Part shown: positions 47,600 through 56,130 of the stretch, one piece after another | How positions within the stretch are numbered: the stretch's first letter is position 1 | Layout: the number at the start of each line of letters is the position of its first letter | The notes under the pieces: model-generated | Told to the model about the DNA's origin: nothing | What the model saw: only the letters and a program-made list of their open reading frames with translations | Database searches by the model: none | Source: Acidimicrobiales bacterium | GTDB lineage: Bacteria > Actinomycetota > Acidimicrobiia > Acidimicrobiales > SZUA-35 | Reading direction: 5' to 3' | NCBI GenBank assembly: GCA_024638815.1 | Contig: JAHEJM010000002.1 | Span: 69,330 to 133,329, forward strand | Length of the DNA stretch: 64,000 bases | Position numbers and translations under genes: made by a program

Positions 47600-48682
47600 T
47601 TACCCGTGACGTCGGGCGAAATCGGACATGAAGTCGACCAGCGCGTCCACGCTCTCGTCGGGCAGGCCGTTGTAGATACTGGCCCGCATGCCACCCACCG
47701 AGCGGTGACCCTTGAGATTCTCGAATTGGTTGGCCTCCGCCTCGGAGATGAATGTCGCCTCCAGGCCTTCATCGGCCAGCCGGAACACGATGTTGGTGTG
47801 CGATCGACAGGCCGCGTCGACCGGGCTGCGATAGAAGCCGTCGGCCTCGTCGATGGTTCGGTACACCTTGGACGACCGTTGCTCGGCCCGCTTCTGCATG
47901 GCGGCCACGCCCCCGCTGGCCTTCATCCAGTGCAGGACCTTGTTGGTGGCCCAAATGGTGAACATGGGGGGAGTATTGGCCAGACTGTCCTGATCGTGAT
48001 GTGTCCGATAGCTCAGGTAGGCGGGGACCGTCTCGGCAATCGACTCCAGCAACGAGGTCCGGACGAAGACCACGGCCATGCCGGCCGGACCCAGATTCTT
48101 CTGGACTCCGCCATAGACCACGTCGAACCGGTCCCACGGAATGGGACGGCTGAGGTAGTCCGACGACATGTCACCCACCATGGGCACATCGGTCCGGTAG
48201 AACTCGGGCAGGCGAATGCCGCCGATGGTCTCGTTCGAGGTGATGTGCAGGTACCGGGTGCCGGGCTCCAGGGTCAGTTCCTCCTCGGCCGGCATTCGTG
48301 TGAATCCGTCGTCGGCTCCCGACCAGGCGGCGTAGGCATCCCCGACCTTTCCGCCATCGGCCAGGGCCTTCTTGCCCCAGCTGCCACCCACCACGTAGGC
48401 GGCCCGCCGCCCATCATCCAGCAGGTTCATGGGGACCATGGCGAACTGCAGCGTCGCCCCACCCTGGATGAGTTGTATGGAGAAGTCGTCAGGGACTTCC
48501 GACAGCTCCCGTAGCAACCCGAGTGTCTCATGGTGGACGGCGTCGTAGGCCTCGGCTCGATGGCTCATCTCGATGAGCGACATGCCCGAGTTCCCGAAGT
48601 CGGGCAGTTCCTCGGCCAGCTCCTCCAGGACGGAGACCGGAAGCGTGCATGGTCCAGCGCAGAAGTTGTGTACTCGTTTCAT
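47600..48682 (-). CDS. serC: 3-phosphoserine aminotransferase
   Basis: 360 aa beginning MKRVHNFCAGPCTLP, with SHRAEAY and the PLP region GGVQKNLGPAG. Confidence 0.93.
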   Translation of the reverse strand: MKRVHNFCAGPCTLPVSVLEELAEELPDFGNSGMSLIEMSHRAEAYDAVHHETLGLLRELSEVPDDFSIQLIQGGATLQFAMVPMNLLDDGRRAAYVVGGSWGKKALADGGKVGDAYAAWSGADDGFTRMPAEEELTLEPGTRYLHITSNETIGGIRLPEFYRTDVPMVGDMSSDYLSRPIPWDRFDVVYGGVQKNLGPAGMAVVFVRTSLLESIAETVPAYLSYRTHHDQDSLANTPPMFTIWATNKVLHWMKASGGVAAMQKRAEQRSSKVYRTIDEADGFYRSPVDAACRSHTNIVFRLADEGLEATFISEAEANQFENLKGHRSVGGMRASIYNGLPDESVDALVDFMSDFARRHG

Positions 48683-48753
48683 GGAGGCCCCTTGGCGTGG
48701 TCACGGCACATGGCGGTGCGGTGTGATGAGTGTGAGATCTGGTCGTAGGTGTG

Positions 48754-49974
48754 TCAGCGTCCGGCCGGAGGGGCCTCGGTGATCGAGACGTTCAACACCT
48801 CGTCGATGGACCCGAGCTCGGCGGCCACCAGCTGTTCGGCATCGCCGTTCACAAAGATGGAGGCCACGGCGGCTCGGCCCCCTTGGAACACCTGGTTTTG
48901 CATCTGCTGTACGTTGAGACCGTGGCGGCGCAGCACGGCGAAGACCTGAGCCAGAACTCCGACCTTGTCGAGATGGCGAACGGTGATGCAGCTCTCACCG
49001 GTCAGATCGAGACGGAGGTTCACACAGTTCTCCGGCGATCCCGCCAGGTAACTCTCGATGACATCCAGCGTTCCGTCCGCCACCGACCGTTGCGCCTGGG
49101 CCGTGGAGGCGCCGATGTGATGGGTCCCGACCACCGCCGGATGACGGGCCAGCCTCGACTCGAACGGGGCCTGACCGGTCGATGGTTCGTGGTCCCAGAC
49201 ATCGATGCCGGCCCTCAGGCGACCGGCGTCGAGTTCGGTCAGCAAGGCCGGCTCGTCCACCACATCACCCCGGGATGTATTGAGGAGGATGGCGCCGTCC
49301 TGCATCGACGCCAGGAAGCGGCGGTCGACCAGCTTGACGGTATCGGGCGCCTTGGGGACGTGGATCGACACCACATCGGAGCCGGCCAACAACTCCTCCT
49401 GCCCGTCGACGAGGCGAATGCCGATGCTCCGGATGGACGACTGGACCCGGGGTGAGCGGTCGGGTTTGCGTTCCGCCGCCACCGTCATGCCGAATCCCTT
49501 GGCCCGCACCGCCACCGCAAGTCCGATGTCGCCCAGCCCGACGATACCGAACTGCTTGCCGTACAGACCGTCGGCCCTGGTGTAGGTTTTCTTGTCCCAT
49601 CGCCCGACCCGGAGGTCGGCGGTGTTGTCGGCGATGCGTCGATCGATAGCGAGCAGGAGCCCCATGCTCAGCTCGGCCACGGCGATGGCGTTGCGACCCG
49701 GTACGTTGCACACGTAGATGCCTCGGGACGAGGCCGCCTGCTGGTCGATGTTGTCGGTTCCGGCCCCCGCCCGGACTATCAGCCCCAGCTGATCGGCGGC
49801 GGCGATGGCGTCGGCCGTGACCTTCGTGCTGCGGACCACGAGGATATTGACGCCGTGAAGGTTTGCAGGCAGGGTCTCGGCCGTGAGTTCGGGCTTGACC
49901 CGATAGGAAGCCCCGAGTTCGTGGAGGCGGCCAAGCGCCTTTTCGTCGACGGAGTCGGCGTAGAGAATCTCCAT
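48754..49974 (-). CDS. serA: D-3-phosphoglycerate dehydrogenase with a C-terminal ACT domain
   Basis: NAD site GIVGLGDIGLAV, catalytic region NTSRG...HIGAST, and an ACT-like C-terminus (ITVRHLDKVGVLAQV). ATG 49974 (MEILYADS). Confidence 0.9.
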   Translation of the reverse strand: MEILYADSVDEKALGRLHELGASYRVKPELTAETLPANLHGVNILVVRSTKVTADAIAAADQLGLIVRAGAGTDNIDQQAASSRGIYVCNVPGRNAIAVAELSMGLLLAIDRRIADNTADLRVGRWDKKTYTRADGLYGKQFGIVGLGDIGLAVAVRAKGFGMTVAAERKPDRSPRVQSSIRSIGIRLVDGQEELLAGSDVVSIHVPKAPDTVKLVDRRFLASMQDGAILLNTSRGDVVDEPALLTELDAGRLRAGIDVWDHEPSTGQAPFESRLARHPAVVGTHHIGASTAQAQRSVADGTLDVIESYLAGSPENCVNLRLDLTGESCITVRHLDKVGVLAQVFAVLRRHGLNVQQMQNQVFQGGRAAVASIFVNGDAEQLVAAELGSIDEVLNVSITEAPPAGR

Positions 49975-50128
49975 GATGTCTCCAGTGGCGAGGCTCGGCT
50001 CCAGCACTACGGGAGGCGAGGTCGGACTTCGGAAAGACGGACTCGGTCTGCAACCGATTCGTTGTGTCTGAAACCTACATCATCGACGACGAGCCCGTCC
50101 AGCAGAAGTTGTCGTCCGGTAGTTGACC

Positions 50129-51376
50129 TCAGACGATGTCGGCCAGGGGATCCAACATCTCCGTCAGGTCGTGCCACAGGTCGTCGACGTGTTCACAGCC
50201 CACGCTGAGTCGGATCAGGGTCTGTGGGATGTGCTCCTGTCCGGCCAGACGTGCTCGGCGTTCGGCCGTGGTCTCCACGCCGCCGAGGCTGGTGGCGGTG
50301 ACGATCAGGGACAGCTTGGACATGGCCCGATCCAAACCCGGCCCGTCACCCACCGTCTGGAACGAGATCATCGCTCCCGGACCGCCCATGGTGCGGCGGG
50401 CCCGTTCGTGGCCCGGGTCGGAGGTCAAGCCCGGGTAGTGCACGGCCGTCACCTTGTCGTGTTGTTGTAGACGGCGGGCCAGTTCCAGAGCCGAAGCCTG
50501 AGCTCGCTCCAGCCGCAGCGGTAGGGTCCGCAGACCCCGGAGCGCAAGAAATGCCTCCAGTGTTCCCATGGTTGCGCCGTGTAGCGTTTGGTGACGGCGA
50601 AGCCGCTCGGCCACGTCGGGCCGACGAGTTGTGACCAGCCCGCCGAGCAGATCGGAGTGTCCGCCGATGAACTTGGTTGCGCTGTGTATCGAGACGGTCG
50701 CTCCCAAGTCCAGTGGCTGCTGAAGTAGGGGAGTGGCGAACGTCCCGTCGACGGCGGTGAACACCCCGAGGTCGATGGCCCGGCGGCAAATGGTGGGAAG
50801 GTCGGCCACCAGCATCATGGGATTGGATGGCGATTCGAGCCATGCGAGATCGGGTGGCTTGGCCATGGCCTCCAGCCAGCTGTCGGTATCGTCGGTGGGG
50901 ATCCAGTGAATGATCCAACCGTGTCGACGCGAGCCTTCCTCCAACAGTCCGGCAACACCCTGATAGCAGTCGGCCGGTGCGAGCACGGTGGCCCCGGAAT
51001 CGAGTCCGGACAGGACGGCCGAGATGGCGGCCATGCCTGACGAGAACGCCAGCGAGGCACCTCCTCCCTCGAGGGCGGCCATGGCCGTCTCCAGGGCCTC
51101 CCATGTCGGGTTGTTGTCGCCTCGGCTGTAGAGGCGTTGCGATGACGACGGCGCAGGAGAGGTGTGATCATGGCCAGGCTCGTCGTCGGTGGTGCCGATC
51201 AGGGGGTCCATGCGGTAGTTGGACGCCGGCACCATAGGGGGGTTGAGCGGCTCCCCCGGGTGTTCGGGCCGCCCGGCAATGACGGCCACCGTCTCGAGGT
51301 GGTGTCGTCGGCGACCTTCCGACCGGCGGTTCAGCGATCCGGCTGTCGTGTCGTCGGGGGAGGAGCCGTCCACCAC
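50129..51376 (-). CDS. Cys/Met-metabolism PLP-dependent enzyme (cystathionine gamma-synthase/beta-lyase family)
   Basis: Contains YSRGDNNPTW, the PLP-lysine motif SATKFIGGHSDLLGG and SLGGVETT. The start is provisional (GTG 51376 or 51373). The longer 51472/51439 starts would run into the mog start region and have poorer GC3. Confidence 0.8.
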   Translation of the reverse strand: MVDGSSPDDTTAGSLNRRSEGRRRHHLETVAVIAGRPEHPGEPLNPPMVPASNYRMDPLIGTTDDEPGHDHTSPAPSSSQRLYSRGDNNPTWEALETAMAALEGGGASLAFSSGMAAISAVLSGLDSGATVLAPADCYQGVAGLLEEGSRRHGWIIHWIPTDDTDSWLEAMAKPPDLAWLESPSNPMMLVADLPTICRRAIDLGVFTAVDGTFATPLLQQPLDLGATVSIHSATKFIGGHSDLLGGLVTTRRPDVAERLRRHQTLHGATMGTLEAFLALRGLRTLPLRLERAQASALELARRLQQHDKVTAVHYPGLTSDPGHERARRTMGGPGAMISFQTVGDGPGLDRAMSKLSLIVTATSLGGVETTAERRARLAGQEHIPQTLIRLSVGCEHVDDLWHDLTEMLDPLADIV

Positions 51377-51413
51377 GATGAGGCTACCGGTGCGTGGACT
51401 GAGGCAAACGGCG

Positions 51414-51448
51414 GGCAGAATGTCACGGCAGAATGTCATGGCAGGATG
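51414..51448. repeat. 13-bp direct tandem repeat, GGCAGAATGTCAY x2 plus a partial third copy
   Basis: GGCAGAATGTCAC (51414-51426), GGCAGAATGTCAT (51427-51439) and GGCAGGATG (51440-51448). The repeat sits in the divergent spacer immediately upstream of the mog ATG at 51454. Confidence 0.8.
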
Positions 51449-51453
51449 GTGGT

Positions 51454-51930
51454 ATGGCAACCTTGAAAGCAAAAGTGATCACGGTCTCCGACGGCGTGGT
51501 GGCCGGCGTCCGCCAGGATTCCTCGGGTGAGGCCCTGGTCGAGCTGCTACGGGAGAACGGGTGGAGTATCGAGGATCGTCGCACCACGGCCGACGGGGTC
51601 GAGCCGGTCAGAGAGGCGCTGATCGACATGGCCCGTGACTTCAACGGGTTGATCGTCACCACCGGGGGTACCGGCTTTGGTCCCCGGGACCTCACCCCGG
51701 AGGGAACCAAGGCCGTGATCGAACGGGACGCGCCGGGACTGGCCGAGGCCATGCGGCTGGTCAATCCCGCCGGTCTCGGTCGGCTGAGTCGGGCGGTGGC
51801 CGGCACCAGAGGGCAATGCCTGATCGTGAACACCCCGGGCTCGACCAAGGGTGCGTTGGAGACCATGGAGGCAGTGCTGGACGTCATTCCCCACGCCATC
51901 GAGTTGCTGGCCGGTGAGCGACCCCATTGA
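51454..51930 (+). CDS. molybdenum cofactor biosynthesis protein, MogA/MoaB family
   Basis: Begins MATLKAKVITVSDG, with LIVTTGGTGFGPRDLTPE and the MoCF_biosynth fold pattern. Confidence 0.85.
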   Translation: MATLKAKVITVSDGVVAGVRQDSSGEALVELLRENGWSIEDRRTTADGVEPVREALIDMARDFNGLIVTTGGTGFGPRDLTPEGTKAVIERDAPGLAEAMRLVNPAGLGRLSRAVAGTRGQCLIVNTPGSTKGALETMEAVLDVIPHAIELLAGERPH

Positions 51931-52958
51931 GCGCCCCGGTCCGACGTGACGGCACGTTTGACGATGCAGCGCTCATGCGGCGGGCGGTGGATCGAGCCAC
52001 TCACAGTCGACTTCTGGCCCCGCCCAATCCCTGGGTCGGGGCCGTCCTCGTCACCGCCGACGGTGTCAGCTTCGAGGGTTCGACCCGTCGCCCCGGGGAC
52101 AACCACGCCGAACGGCAGGTGATCGAGCGGGCCGGGCCGCAGGCCGAGGGGGCCACCTTGTACGTGACCCTCGAACCGTGTCATCACCACGGCCGCACGC
52201 CGCCATGTACCAGTGCTGTGCTGGACGCCGGAATCTCCCGTGTGGTGTACGCCGTCGACGACCCCGACCCTCGGGTGGCGGGGCGGGGGGCGGCGGCCCT
52301 GCGGGACGCCGGCGTCGTGGTCGTCGCCGGCTGTGAACAGGAGCTGGTGGAGGAACAGCTCGCGCCCTACCTTCATCATCGACGCACCGGTCGCCCTTTT
52401 GTCGTACTGAAGTTGGCCGCCACCCTGGACGGCCGTACCGCAGCGCCCGACGGTTCCAGCAAATGGATCACCGGGCCCGAAGCCAGGGCCGATGTCCAGC
52501 AGCTGCGCGCCGAGTCCGACGCCATTGCCGTCGGGGCCGGCACGGCCCGGACCGATGATCCCCGACTGACGGTCCGGGATGTTGTCGGTCCCGACGGTCA
52601 TCCGGTCCGCGAACCGAAACGGGTCGTGTTCGGTCGGGCACCCCGGGGCGCCGCCGTGCACCCGTGTCTGGAACTCGAAGGACCCCCGGAGGCGGCGTTG
52701 GATGAGTTGGGTCGACGGGATGTGCTCCAGGTTCTGATCGAGGGAGGAGCCGACGTCGCCGGGCGTTTCCACCGGGCCGGACTGGTCGACCGCTACGTGT
52801 TCTACTACGCGCCCGCCCTCATGGGAGGGGGCGACGGACGGGCTATGTTCGCCGGGCCGGGGGCACCGAACATGGACGATCTGCGGCGGGGCACCATTCG
52901 ATCGGTGACCCGCCTCGGTGCCGACATCCGTGTCGAGGTGGATTTCAGAGGTGGGTGA
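51927..52958 (+). CDS. ribD: bifunctional riboflavin biosynthesis deaminase/reductase RibD
   Basis: Deaminase zinc motifs HAE...YVTLEPCHHHGRTPPC, followed by the reductase domain (LKLAATLDGR, LIEGG). TTG 51927 overlaps the mog stop by 4 nt. Confidence 0.9.
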   Translation: MSAPVRRDGTFDDAALMRRAVDRATHSRLLAPPNPWVGAVLVTADGVSFEGSTRRPGDNHAERQVIERAGPQAEGATLYVTLEPCHHHGRTPPCTSAVLDAGISRVVYAVDDPDPRVAGRGAAALRDAGVVVVAGCEQELVEEQLAPYLHHRRTGRPFVVLKLAATLDGRTAAPDGSSKWITGPEARADVQQLRAESDAIAVGAGTARTDDPRLTVRDVVGPDGHPVREPKRVVFGRAPRGAAVHPCLELEGPPEAALDELGRRDVLQVLIEGGADVAGRFHRAGLVDRYVFYYAPALMGGGDGRAMFAGPGAPNMDDLRRGTIRSVTRLGADIRVEVDFRGG

Positions 52959-53114
52959 GGCCGCGATCGTTGCGGCACACTGGGTCATCGATCGATCACG
53001 AGGAATCGGTCCGCCGGCCGATGCCCTTGACGTGAAGTGAACTTGAAGGTCTACCGTTGGGGGTCGAGATGTATCGCCTCCGGGCAGGCCAGGACGAACA
53101 AAGAAGGAGTCGGC

Positions 53115-53729
53115 ATGTTCACCGGAATAGTCGAGGAGTTGGGAGCGGTGCGATCCCGGGACGGCTCCCGACTTGTCGTGTCGTGCCGGACGGTGCTCGA
53201 CGACGTGACCATGGGGGCCTCGATCGCCGTCAACGGCTGCTGCCTGACCGTGGTCGACTGGGACGATGCCCGAACCTGGTTTGCCGTCGATGTCACCGAA
53301 GAGAGCTACAACCGAACCCAGCTGGGTGATCTGCAGCCCGGCGACCCGGTGAACCTCGAGCGGCCGGTGCGGTTGTCGGATCGGCTTGGTGGTCACCTGG
53401 TACAGGGTCACGTCGACGCCGTCGGGGTCATCGTCGAGCCCAGTCCCAATCTGAAGGTGAAGATGGACCCCGAATTGCACCGATACGTGGTGGAGAAGGG
53501 CTCGATCACCGTTGACGGTGTTAGTTTGACCGTGGTCGATCCGTCGACCGAGGGGTTCACCGTCGCCGTGATCCCCCACACCGCCGAGGTCACCACCCTC
53601 GGCACCAAGGGCCCGGGTGATCGGGTGAACATCGAAGTCGACGTCATGGCCAAATACGCCGAGCATCTGCTCGTAGGTTTCCTCAATCGGTCCGACTCGA
53701 CGCAATCCGATCAGAACCGGTCACAATGA
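53115..53729 (+). CDS. ribE: riboflavin synthase (alpha chain)
   Basis: ATG 53115 lies 7 nt after the SD AAGGAG. Begins [10 protein letters not shown] and has duplicated lumazine-binding repeats ([25 protein letters not shown]). Confidence 0.92.
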   Translation: MFTGIVEELGAVRSRDGSRLVVSCRTVLDDVTMGASIAVNGCCLTVVDWDDARTWFAVDVTEESYNRTQLGDLQPGDPVNLERPVRLSDRLGGHLVQGHVDAVGVIVEPSPNLKVKMDPELHRYVVEKGSITVDGVSLTVVDPSTEGFTVAVIPHTAEVTTLGTKGPGDRVNIEVDVMAKYAEHLLVGFLNRSDSTQSDQNRSQ

Positions 53730-53796
53730 AAACGAAGGGTCTGATCGAGTCGATCCGGAACACGGACCTGGCACACGCACGACAAGAGGCGCATCG

Positions 53797-55119
53797 GTGA
53801 CCGACAACGAGTCCACACCAGCAGAAAAGACGACGGCCGAGGCCGACGGTGAGAGGACGATCTTCGATCCCATCGAGGATGCCGTGGCCGCGATCGCCCG
53901 GGGCGAGATCGTCGTCGTTGTTGACGATGAGGACCGGGAGAACGAGGGCGACCTCATCATGGCCGCCGAGTTCGCCACGCCGGAGGCCCTCGCCTTCATC
54001 ATCCGCCACACGTCAGGGGTCATCTGCGCCCCCTTGACCGACGAACGGGCTGACCAGCTCGACCTCCCGCTCATGGTGGCCCAGAACACCGAGGCCATGC
54101 GGACCGCGTACACCGTCACCGTCGACTACCGACACGGCACCACCACTGGTATCTCGGCCTCCGATCGGTCGGTCACCATCAGAGCCCTGGCCGACGAATC
54201 GTGCACGGCCGCCGACTTCTCCCGCCCCGGTCACATCTTCCCGCTCCGGGCCCGGCCCGGTGGCGTGCTCAAGCGGGCTGGTCACACCGAGGCCGCCATC
54301 GATCTGACCACCATGGCCGGACTGACACCGGCCGGCGTGCTGTGCGAGGTCGTCAACGACGACGGCACCATGGCCCGGGTCCCCGACCTCGTCCGCTTCT
54401 GCCGGGAGCACGATCTCGTCTTCATCTCCATCGCCGATCTGGTTCGCTATCGCCGCAAGCACGAGAAGCTGGTGAAACGGGTCTCCGAGGCCACCATCCC
54501 CACCCGATACGGCGATTTCCGGGCCGTGGTCTTTGAATCCATGCTCGACGGTGAGCAGCACATGGCCCTGGTTCGAGGTGAGCCCGCCGGCAAAGAGAAT
54601 GTGCTGGTCCGGGTCCATTCCGAGTGCCTGACCGGCGACATCTTCGGGTCTCTTCGCTGTGATTGCGGCCCCCAGCTCGATCAGGCATTGGCCACCATGG
54701 CGGCCGAAGGCGAGGGCATCGTCATCTATCTGCGGGGCCACGAGGGACGAGGTATCGGCCTGGGCCACAAGATTCGCGCCTACGGCCTGCAGGAAGCTGG
54801 CTTCGACACGGTGGACGCCAACCTGGAACTCGGGCTTCCGGCCGACAGTCGGGAATACGGGATCGGAGCCCAGATGCTGGTCGACCTCGGCGTGAGCACG
54901 ATGAGGCTGATGACCAACAACCCGGCCAAGTACGGGGGCCTGGACGGCTACGGCCTGGAAGTGGTTGACCGTGTCCCGCTTCGAACGATCCCGACGGCTC
55001 AGAACATCGCCTATCTGCGGACCAAACAGCATCGTCTCGGTCACTTCCTGGAGCTTGACGATGCCGACGAGTCCGACGAGCCGGCGGTGGAGGGACCGGT
55101 CGGAGAGTCGGCCGGCTGA
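53797..55119 (+). CDS. ribBA: bifunctional 3,4-dihydroxy-2-butanone-4-phosphate synthase / GTP cyclohydrolase II
   Basis: RibB part: [22 protein letters not shown]. RibA part: [28 protein letters not shown]. Confidence 0.93.
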   Translation: MTDNESTPAEKTTAEADGERTIFDPIEDAVAAIARGEIVVVVDDEDRENEGDLIMAAEFATPEALAFIIRHTSGVICAPLTDERADQLDLPLMVAQNTEAMRTAYTVTVDYRHGTTTGISASDRSVTIRALADESCTAADFSRPGHIFPLRARPGGVLKRAGHTEAAIDLTTMAGLTPAGVLCEVVNDDGTMARVPDLVRFCREHDLVFISIADLVRYRRKHEKLVKRVSEATIPTRYGDFRAVVFESMLDGEQHMALVRGEPAGKENVLVRVHSECLTGDIFGSLRCDCGPQLDQALATMAAEGEGIVIYLRGHEGRGIGLGHKIRAYGLQEAGFDTVDANLELGLPADSREYGIGAQMLVDLGVSTMRLMTNNPAKYGGLDGYGLEVVDRVPLRTIPTAQNIAYLRTKQHRLGHFLELDDADESDEPAVEGPVGESAG

Positions 55120-55122
55120 TCC

Positions 55123-55144
55123 CCGGCGAGAGTACGGTCGCCGG
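55123..55144 (+). terminator. hairpin directly after ribBA (no U-tract)
   Basis: CCGGCGA-gagtacgg-TCGCCGG begins 4 nt after the stop. Confidence 0.3.
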
Positions 55145-55207
55145 AGCCGTGATCGGTCCTGGTTCCGGTCGGGTTGCCGGGTCGGGCATGGGCGCTAGGT
55201 TGAATTG

Positions 55208-56086
55208 ATGCTCAAGTTGGTTCTGCCCAAGGGTTCGCTGGAGAAGTCGACGCTGGATCTGTTCGAGACCGCCGATCTCCAGGTCAAACGGAGTTCGTCG
55301 GTCCAGTATTCGGCGTCGATTCGTGACCCTCGGGTCGCCGAGGTCCGCATCCTTCGACCTCAGGAAATCCCGATCTATGTGGCCGAGGGCCTGTTCGACC
55401 TCGGCATCACCGGCCGGGATTGGATCGAGGAAACCTCGAGCGATGTGGTGTCGCTCGGCGAGCTGCAGTATTCGAAGGCCACCTCGGATCCGGTTCGGCT
55501 CGTGGTTGCCGTTCCCGACGATTCCCCCATCCGGAGCGTGTCCGAACTGGGCGACGGTGTTCGGGTGTCCACCGAGTACCCCCGCCTGACCGAACGATTC
55601 TTCGTCGAGAAGGGAATCAGGGCCGACATCCGATTGTCCTATGGTGCCACCGAGGCCAAGGTGCCCGACATCGTCGATGTCGCCGTCGATCTGACCGAGA
55701 CCGGGCGGGCTTTGCGGGCCGCAGGTCTGCGCATCATCGACACCATCATCACCAGCTACACCGAGTTCATCGCCAATCCGGCGTCCTATGCCGACCCGGC
55801 AAAGCAGCACGCCATGAACCAGCTGATGACCTTGCTCGACGGTGCGCTGGAGGCCAGAACCAAGGTGCTGGTCAAGCTCAATGTGGGTGACAAGGTGGCT
55901 CTGGACAAGGTCATCGGCCTTCTGCCGTCCATGAAGGCGCCGACCGTCAACGAACTCCATGGCGGTGCCGGTTTCGCCGTGGAGACCGTGGTACCCAAGA
56001 TCGACATCAACATCCTCATCCCCGACCTCAAGGACGCCGGGGCGTCCGACATCATCGAGATACCACTGGCCAAGATCGTCCACTGA
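55208..56086 (+). CDS. hisG: ATP phosphoribosyltransferase, long form with C-terminal regulatory domain
   Basis: Begins MLKLVLPKGSLEKSTLDLF, with GITGRDWIEE, ATEYPRLT-like STEYPRLT and a HisG_C-like tail. Confidence 0.9.
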   Translation: MLKLVLPKGSLEKSTLDLFETADLQVKRSSSVQYSASIRDPRVAEVRILRPQEIPIYVAEGLFDLGITGRDWIEETSSDVVSLGELQYSKATSDPVRLVVAVPDDSPIRSVSELGDGVRVSTEYPRLTERFFVEKGIRADIRLSYGATEAKVPDIVDVAVDLTETGRALRAAGLRIIDTIITSYTEFIANPASYADPAKQHAMNQLMTLLDGALEARTKVLVKLNVGDKVALDKVIGLLPSMKAPTVNELHGGAGFAVETVVPKIDINILIPDLKDAGASDIIEIPLAKIVH

Positions 56087-56103
56087 GCGCTGTCTCGGTA
56101 AGT

Positions 56104-56124
56104 TTTCGGCCGACTAGGCCGAAA
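56104..56124 (+). terminator. 8-bp hairpin between hisG and the GGDEF-EAL gene
   Basis: TTTCGGCC-gacta-GGCCGAAA ends 6 nt before ATG 56131. There is no downstream U-tract, so it could equally mask the ribosome-binding region. Confidence 0.3.
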
Positions 56125-56130
56125 GTACCG

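Noticed and set aside
51423-53705. 760-aa minus-strand ORF, the longest unexplained ORF in the track.
   Set aside because: It runs antisense across mog, ribD and ribE, all of which have clear motifs on the + strand. Its translation is low-complexity G/P/R/V-rich sequence.
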